Positions 59,701 to 64,000 of a stretch of 64,000 nucleotides of DNA are shown here, piece by piece. The DNA comes from Lysobacterales bacterium (GTDB taxonomy: Bacteria; Pseudomonadota; Gammaproteobacteria; Xanthomonadales; SZUA-5): NCBI GenBank assembly GCA_022844165.1, contig JALHMH010000003.1, forward strand, positions 96,001-160,000, in the 5' to 3' direction. Below the pieces are notes generated by a model, which was given only the letters and a program-made list of their open reading frames with translations, ran no database searches and was not told where the DNA came from. Within the stretch, counting starts at the first letter, position 1, and each line of letters begins with the position of its first letter. The translations under genes and the position numbers were made by a program.

Positions 59701-60978
59701 GGGGAGGGGGCCGGCAATATTTTCCGATTGTCCACCAATCGCGGAGGCGGGGCCCTGAGCCTCCCAGCGCTGCGAGCCCGGCTCGATACCAGCGGGCACC
59801 GCGACGGTGTAGTTCAGTGCATACGAGGGACCACTGCTCGGCAAGGCCGTGCAACGGAGCGCCGATGCGTAGGCCGTGGACCGGACGGGCGCGCTGATTG
59901 TCAAGTCGCTGACGTCCCCTGCGAATCTAAAACTCACCTGTGAGGTCGGCAGAAAACTGCCCGGTGCAAGAATGAGCAGCGGCGCTTCTGCTGTGCAATT
60001 CAGGGTCACAAAACCAGCGCCTGATGTCCCTGGAATTGCACGAAAGTGGAGCCAGGTCAATGGCGAAGTGCCACGGACCGATTGCGGAAAATCGATGCGC
60101 GAACCTGGCGGCGGCACGCTGCTGATCTGCGGGGCATCGTTTGCGGCCAGTCCGGCAGGGACGATCACGGAAAAACTCAACGTGTAGTCCGGACCTTCGG
60201 ATGGATCGACAGTGCATGCGAGGCCCAGGGATTGCGCGGCGGGCGTCGTCGCGGCGGCGATACTCAGATCCACCGGTTGCTGGCCCACGGCGACGGTCTG
60301 CGTAAACCGCAGCGCGGTTGGCACCATCCCCGTCGCCCCGACCAATACGCCCGTACCGATGCAATCGATGCCAGCGGATGTACCTGGCGCGCCGCCTGTG
60401 GCAATCAGGTTGATCGATGTGCGCGATAGTTCGCCCAACGGCGCACCCGGCAAGTTAACCGTGCCCGGTGGCGGATTGGCGGTAATGATGGGCGTCGGAT
60501 TGGCTGCGATCAAACGCAACGCGATCGTGCCCGAAGCCGTGTTTTGCCCCGATAGAAATCCATCGACTGCGATTTGGTAAGTGGTGCCGGCAATTGCGTT
60601 AAACCGCACCTCACTGGCCACGCCGCTGGTATCGTCGTTGCTGGCGATTGCCGTTAACTGGTTCACTGCTGCGCCCGTGTACACCGCAAGTACAGTGTCG
60701 AAATTGCTGCCGACCGTATTGATGACAACGCGCACCGTGCTCGGCGCGGTCCAGCGCCACCAGACAGAAGCAGATCCGCCGACACCCGCATGCTGCGGCT
60801 CGCCAGGCTCCCGCGTTGCGCCTACGTTGTTGCCGCTCGCCTGCGCTGTCGCACCGGATAAGGCACCAGCGTTGACGAAAGCATCGTTGGCGGGTTGCGC
60901 ATGGACTGCCCTCGCGATCAGCAACAGGCACATTGTCAGCAGAGCGCGCAGCAAGGAATGGCTCGTCACGGTATTCAT
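56716..60978 (-). CDS. Large secreted multidomain protein (PPC-like N-domain, Ig-like repeats, BNR beta-propeller, two C-terminal W-x-D/N-P repeats)
   Basis: Signal peptide ending AVHA|Q; PANDAF...SVWWRW...FDTVLAVY...TYQIAVDG; Asp-boxes; tandem SGLWFDP..DGQG / NGTWFNP..NGQG domains. Confidence 0.75.
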   Translation of the reverse strand: MNTVTSHSLLRALLTMCLLLIARAVHAQPANDAFVNAGALSGATAQASGNNVGATREPGEPQHAGVGGSASVWWRWTAPSTVRVVINTVGSNFDTVLAVYTGAAVNQLTAIASNDDTSGVASEVRFNAIAGTTYQIAVDGFLSGQNTASGTIALRLIAANPTPIITANPPPGTVNLPGAPLGELSRTSINLIATGGAPGTSAGIDCIGTGVLVGATGMVPTALRFTQTVAVGQQPVDLSIAAATTPAAQSLGLACTVDPSEGPDYTLSFSVIVPAGLAANDAPQISSVPPPGSRIDFPQSVRGTSPLTWLHFRAIPGTSGAGFVTLNCTAEAPLLILAPGSFLPTSQVSFRFAGDVSDLTISAPVRSTAYASALRCTALPSSGPSYALNYTVAVPAGIEPGSQRWEAQGPASAIGGQSENIAGPLPNAVSGAVHVVLPHPGDANVLTIGAVNGGIWRTQNALADAPQWRARTDHLGSLSIGALVYDHSDAASRRMFAGVGRFSSYRSDGGARIGVLRSLDAGETWSVVSSNMAGRNISGLHANGEVVVAAVNAANSGSCSDYGLFRSLDAGSTFVQLGAGQGLPGGLSTALASHASAPERLFAHIDGAERCGSSSSANGIYRSVDNGATWARVGNADMNTQLAITGKLVRLQAVVGGNVVAAVSDARLQGVFASSDGGSSWASLGIPQTMEGSEAIGIHPGGQGRLHLSVAIDPANPNWVFVGGDRQPVGGNGNFPNSISARGFTGRLFRRDRSGGEWMPLTHNGTGDNSSPHADSRSMAFDAAGRLIEGDDGGVYARLNPASSSGRWITLNGDLQVSEQHSLAVDGLSGVAMTGNQDNGTMRQDNIGQRLWRVISGGDGGDTAIDALQRDLQSESVGYTSSQNLGGFRRRTYNGETPVAVVLAELESVGGGDAVTGQFVTPIAANRAVGHRLVIGGDNGVFESFDSGDTVQVIGEGIRARAVVSSASIAYGATNNVDALYVAGCRGNSCTDGDDGVFVRQVLGTPLTLARANTAPRVAHAVTINGRRAEHAFAIAADSSVTRAGGQAILETIDFGATWQDVTGNLPSEAGLVRSLLHIHSGQGDMLIAGTNVGVYLAPATQAYRNWTRLGEGLPNAPVYELDYDQRRNRLIAASLGRGSYSLSAPGLRANPGWSGLWFDPAVDGQGFQFDVIPEQDVLVVAWYTHLPGSSGSNLVWLTGAGTLSNGVAEVSVSRSRGRFDAANANLAHAGGLRVRFDDCGRARVEYSVTLGAGSRTGQIALQRLSPDALCQAFRIQGASAALPAPSGRFQVGLNGTWFNPATNGQGMLIEYLPDRQQLVVGWYAYEFGEAGVEQPPLWLTAIGPVSGSSATLPVTLTRGGDFVSATPPVTRTQVGTLTIEVVNCTSLTAQYSLTIDGVQRSGTIPLQRTTFAGLCRESP

Positions 60979-61017
60979 CTCGCAGACCGACTGTTGGCCA
61001 GTATATTGTGAGAACCA

Positions 61018-61938
61018 ATGAGCGATGGCGGGCAGGTTATGCACATTCGGAACGTGTTGGGCTGCTGGAGTTTGTGCGCGATCGGCCTGATCTCCCCGCC
61101 ACTCGCAGCGACAGAGTTGCAACCGGGATTGCTGCTCGGTGACAACCGTGTTTGGTTGATGGCGCAGGACGGCGGCGTTGCCTGTGTCGCTGTCGACAAT
61201 GGCGAGGAACTCTGGATTTCGCGCGATATAGCGCAGCCGGTAGGTATCAGCGAAAGCCAGTTATTGGCGCTGCGCGAGACCACCCGTGAGGGACTGTCTT
61301 ATGCATGGGTGGAAGCTGACAGTGGCCAGCGCCTGGCGGTTGGTCGCGCCGAACTACCCGAGGGCGTGCGCGTGCTGATCGACGAGCGGCTTGGCGAATC
61401 GTTCGCCATCAATGCGAACGACAGCGGTTTCGATTGGCACTACCGGCGTTCTGAGGTGCGCGGCGCACCCGAGAGCGAAGACGACAATATGGCCAAGCGC
61501 AGCGCTAGTGTCGACAACCAAGGCGCGTTTCGAATCGACTGGAGCAAACGTGCTGTGATCGAATCTCGCGTCGACATCCACAAAGCGCCGCCTCGAGCGG
61601 CCGAGATCGGCACACCCGACGCCGCCACGCGCAGATTCCGCTCGCAGAGCGATGCATTTCGTCTTGCCAGCGAGCGTCAGGCCGACGGCCGTTACCGTTG
61701 GACGATTTCGACAGCCCAGGGTGAAACCCTGGGCGCCGTGACCAGCGACTATTCCTATCGGCCGTTCGACGTCATCGCCGGACGCCTGCTGTTCGTCACG
61801 CCCTTGTCGATGCGGCGCGACGGCGCGGAGGTTGCACTTTCGATGCCGACCCTGGTTGCTTACGATCTGGCGAACGGTGAGCGTGTCTGGCAGCGAGAGC
61901 TTCGAGACACGCGCTACCGAGGACCTTATCCGCCCTAA
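61018..61938 (+). CDS. Hypothetical exported protein with PQQ-like beta-propeller motifs
   Basis: Signal-like N-terminus; VAVDNGEELW and AYDLANGERVW repeats; ends YRGPYPP. Confidence 0.6.
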   Translation: MSDGGQVMHIRNVLGCWSLCAIGLISPPLAATELQPGLLLGDNRVWLMAQDGGVACVAVDNGEELWISRDIAQPVGISESQLLALRETTREGLSYAWVEADSGQRLAVGRAELPEGVRVLIDERLGESFAINANDSGFDWHYRRSEVRGAPESEDDNMAKRSASVDNQGAFRIDWSKRAVIESRVDIHKAPPRAAEIGTPDAATRRFRSQSDAFRLASERQADGRYRWTISTAQGETLGAVTSDYSYRPFDVIAGRLLFVTPLSMRRDGAEVALSMPTLVAYDLANGERVWQRELRDTRYRGPYPP

Positions 61939-62095
61939 GCGCAGGGTCGGCAACGGATGGAGACCTCATCACCGCGATTTCAGAGCCAATCGCACCAATC
62001 GCGTGCGTGCCTTGAAATCCGCCTGTCGCCGGCATCGTTGAGTCAATCAAACCGGAAGAGTCGACTAAACTCCATCCTTTACGGTGAGACCCGAC

Positions 62096-64000
62096 ATGGC
62101 CACAACAATTGCCGATGTACTCGATCTGTTGCACAAGCGCCTGGGCAAACACTGGACGGTTGCTGCACCGCTTGGATTGGGTAAACCCAATGCCCTGCTC
62201 AATGCCATTTACGCCGCAGCGAAGGCCGATTCGTCGATCCAGTTGCTGATTCTGACGGCATTGTCGCTGGCCCGGCCACAGCCCAGGGCCGACCTGGAAA
62301 AGCGCTTTCTCGGACCGTTCGCGGCACGTTGGTGGGGCGAAGATTATCCTGACCTGAATTATGTGGCAGATGTTCGCAGTGGCCAGGTGCCGAAGAACGT
62401 TTCGGTGCACGAGTTCTATCTGCAATCGGGCTCGATGTTGGGATGTGGGTTGGCGCAGCAGAACTACACCAGCGTTAACTACACGCATGTGGCGCGCGAC
62501 GTCGCAGCGGCCGGCGCGAATGTCGCGGTGCAACTGTTGGCGCGTCGCGAAGCACCCGGAGGCCCTCGCTACAGTTTGTCGTGCAACACGGATGTCACGC
62601 TCGATCTGCGCGATCGGCTCGCGGCCGAAGGACGACGGCTGGTCATGATCGGTGTCGTGCACCCAGATCTCCCTTTCATCGGCAACGACGCCGAAGTCGA
62701 TGCGCGGTTGTTCGATGCCATCATCGATAGCCCGCCACACGAGTTATTCGCACTGCCTCGGCAGCCGGTGGAAGACGCCGAATATGTGCTCGGACTGCAT
62801 GCCAGTACGTTGGTCAAGGACGGCGGTACCTTGCAGATCGGAATCGGCGCGTTGTCCGATGCGCTGGTCTATGCGTTACGTTTGCGCCATCGAGACAATC
62901 TTGCATATCGCACCCTGATCGAGACGCTACAGGAACCGAACGAGCGCCTGTTGGCCGCCAAAATTGGCGGCTTTGAGCCGCTGACGACGGGCCTTTATGG
63001 CGCCAGCGAAATGGTCATGGATGGCTTCATGGAATTGCACCGTGCCGGCATCCTGAAGCGCCGCGTGTACGAGTCCACCGCCTTGCAGCAATTGCTCAAT
63101 CGTGGCGCGATTGGCACGACGCTGCGTGGCGAACAGCTCGATCTCCTGATCGAATCGGCGGTCTATCCAAGGCCGCTTGATGCCGATGCGATTGAACTGC
63201 TGACGACCCTGGCGCTGTTGCCGGCAGGCACCACACTGGCCTCCCGCGAGCGGTTTCGCTGGCCCGATGGCAGCGAGTGCGACACCCTGCTGGCGGACGG
63301 CGCGACGCGTGAGCGATTGCGCGCCTGGATCGATGGCCGCGAACTGACGGGCGGGCGCTATCTGCACGGAGCGTTTTACCTGGGTTCCAAAGCGCTTTAT
63401 GCGTGGATGCGAGCGCTTGAGGGTGCAGATTTCGACGGTTTTTCGATGACGCGCGTGTCCCACATCAACGAGTTATACGGTGGCCAGGAAGCCTTGCACC
63501 GCGCGCAGCGCCATGACGCACGGTTCTTCAATACCTGCATGATGCAAACGCTGCTCGGCGCTGCGGTTTCGGATGCCCTCGACTCCGGGCAAATCGTCAG
63601 CGGCGTTGGCGGCCAATACAACTTCGTCGCGATGGCGCATGCGCTACCGACGGGGCGTTCGGTATTGATGTTGCGCTCGACGCGCGAATCGGGCGGAGAA
63701 GTGCGCTCTAACATCGTCTGGAATTACGGCCACACGACGATCCCAAGGCACCTTCGCGATCTCGTCGTCACCGAGTACGGTATCGCTGATTTGCGCGGTC
63801 AAAGCGATTTGGAGTGCATCCGGCGACTGCTCGCGATCAGCGATGCTCGTTTTCAGGACGAGTTGTTGGCTCAGGCTAAAACCGCGGGCAAGGCGCCGGC
63901 CGATATGACGATCGCCGAGCGCCATCGAAGCAATCGACCTGAGCACTTGAGCGCGGTTTTGCGTGACGCAAAATCGCGCGGACTGTTTAGTTTGTTTCCG
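62096..64000 (+). CDS. Acetyl-CoA hydrolase/transferase family protein (runs off the right edge)
   Basis: Read from sequence: MATTIADVLD...APLGLGKPN, ILTALSL, LVKDGGTLQIGIG, SGVGGQYNFV, TEYGIADLRG; no stop before 64000. Confidence 0.88.
   Translation, partial: MATTIADVLDLLHKRLGKHWTVAAPLGLGKPNALLNAIYAAAKADSSIQLLILTALSLARPQPRADLEKRFLGPFAARWWGEDYPDLNYVADVRSGQVPKNVSVHEFYLQSGSMLGCGLAQQNYTSVNYTHVARDVAAAGANVAVQLLARREAPGGPRYSLSCNTDVTLDLRDRLAAEGRRLVMIGVVHPDLPFIGNDAEVDARLFDAIIDSPPHELFALPRQPVEDAEYVLGLHASTLVKDGGTLQIGIGALSDALVYALRLRHRDNLAYRTLIETLQEPNERLLAAKIGGFEPLTTGLYGASEMVMDGFMELHRAGILKRRVYESTALQQLLNRGAIGTTLRGEQLDLLIESAVYPRPLDADAIELLTTLALLPAGTTLASRERFRWPDGSECDTLLADGATRERLRAWIDGRELTGGRYLHGAFYLGSKALYAWMRALEGADFDGFSMTRVSHINELYGGQEALHRAQRHDARFFNTCMMQTLLGAAVSDALDSGQIVSGVGGQYNFVAMAHALPTGRSVLMLRSTRESGGEVRSNIVWNYGHTTIPRHLRDLVVTEYGIADLRGQSDLECIRRLLAISDARFQDELLAQAKTAGKAPADMTIAERHRSNRPEHLSAVLRDAKSRGLFSLFP

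Overview
High-GC bacterial chromosomal window. Gene content and the C-terminal 'FADGFE' motif on a secreted protein suggest a Lysobacterales/Xanthomonadales-like gammaproteobacterium; this is an inference. Positions 1-11.2 kb are the 3' end of a non-ribosomal peptide synthetase cluster that looks lower in GC. It contains the tail of one NRPS (A-PCP), a complete C-A-PCP-C-A-PCP-TE NRPS (predicted ...Leu-Ala-Leu), an Asp/Asn beta-hydroxylase-family dioxygenase, a DapF-fold epimerase with an altered substrate pocket, and an Sfp-type PPTase. A 688-bp A-domain segment is duplicated almost perfectly between the two NRPS genes. The rest is core genome whose usual operons appear broken apart: rpmH-rnpA-yidC lacks dnaA/mnmE and abuts lpxC, lpxC lacks ftsZ/secA, TRAP dctQ and dctM lie 31 kb apart, and three sensor kinases lack their usual adjacent regulator genes. 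Other notable items are a voltage-gated channel with a TMEGWAD (Ca2+-type) filter, an HscC/J-protein pair, a chromosomal AAC(3)-I-family acetyltransferase next to a PaiB/KtzT-like gene, an ada/alkA-ogt operon, and two large secreted beta-propeller proteins with different C-terminal tails. No rRNA, convincing tRNA, CRISPR array or transposase was seen.
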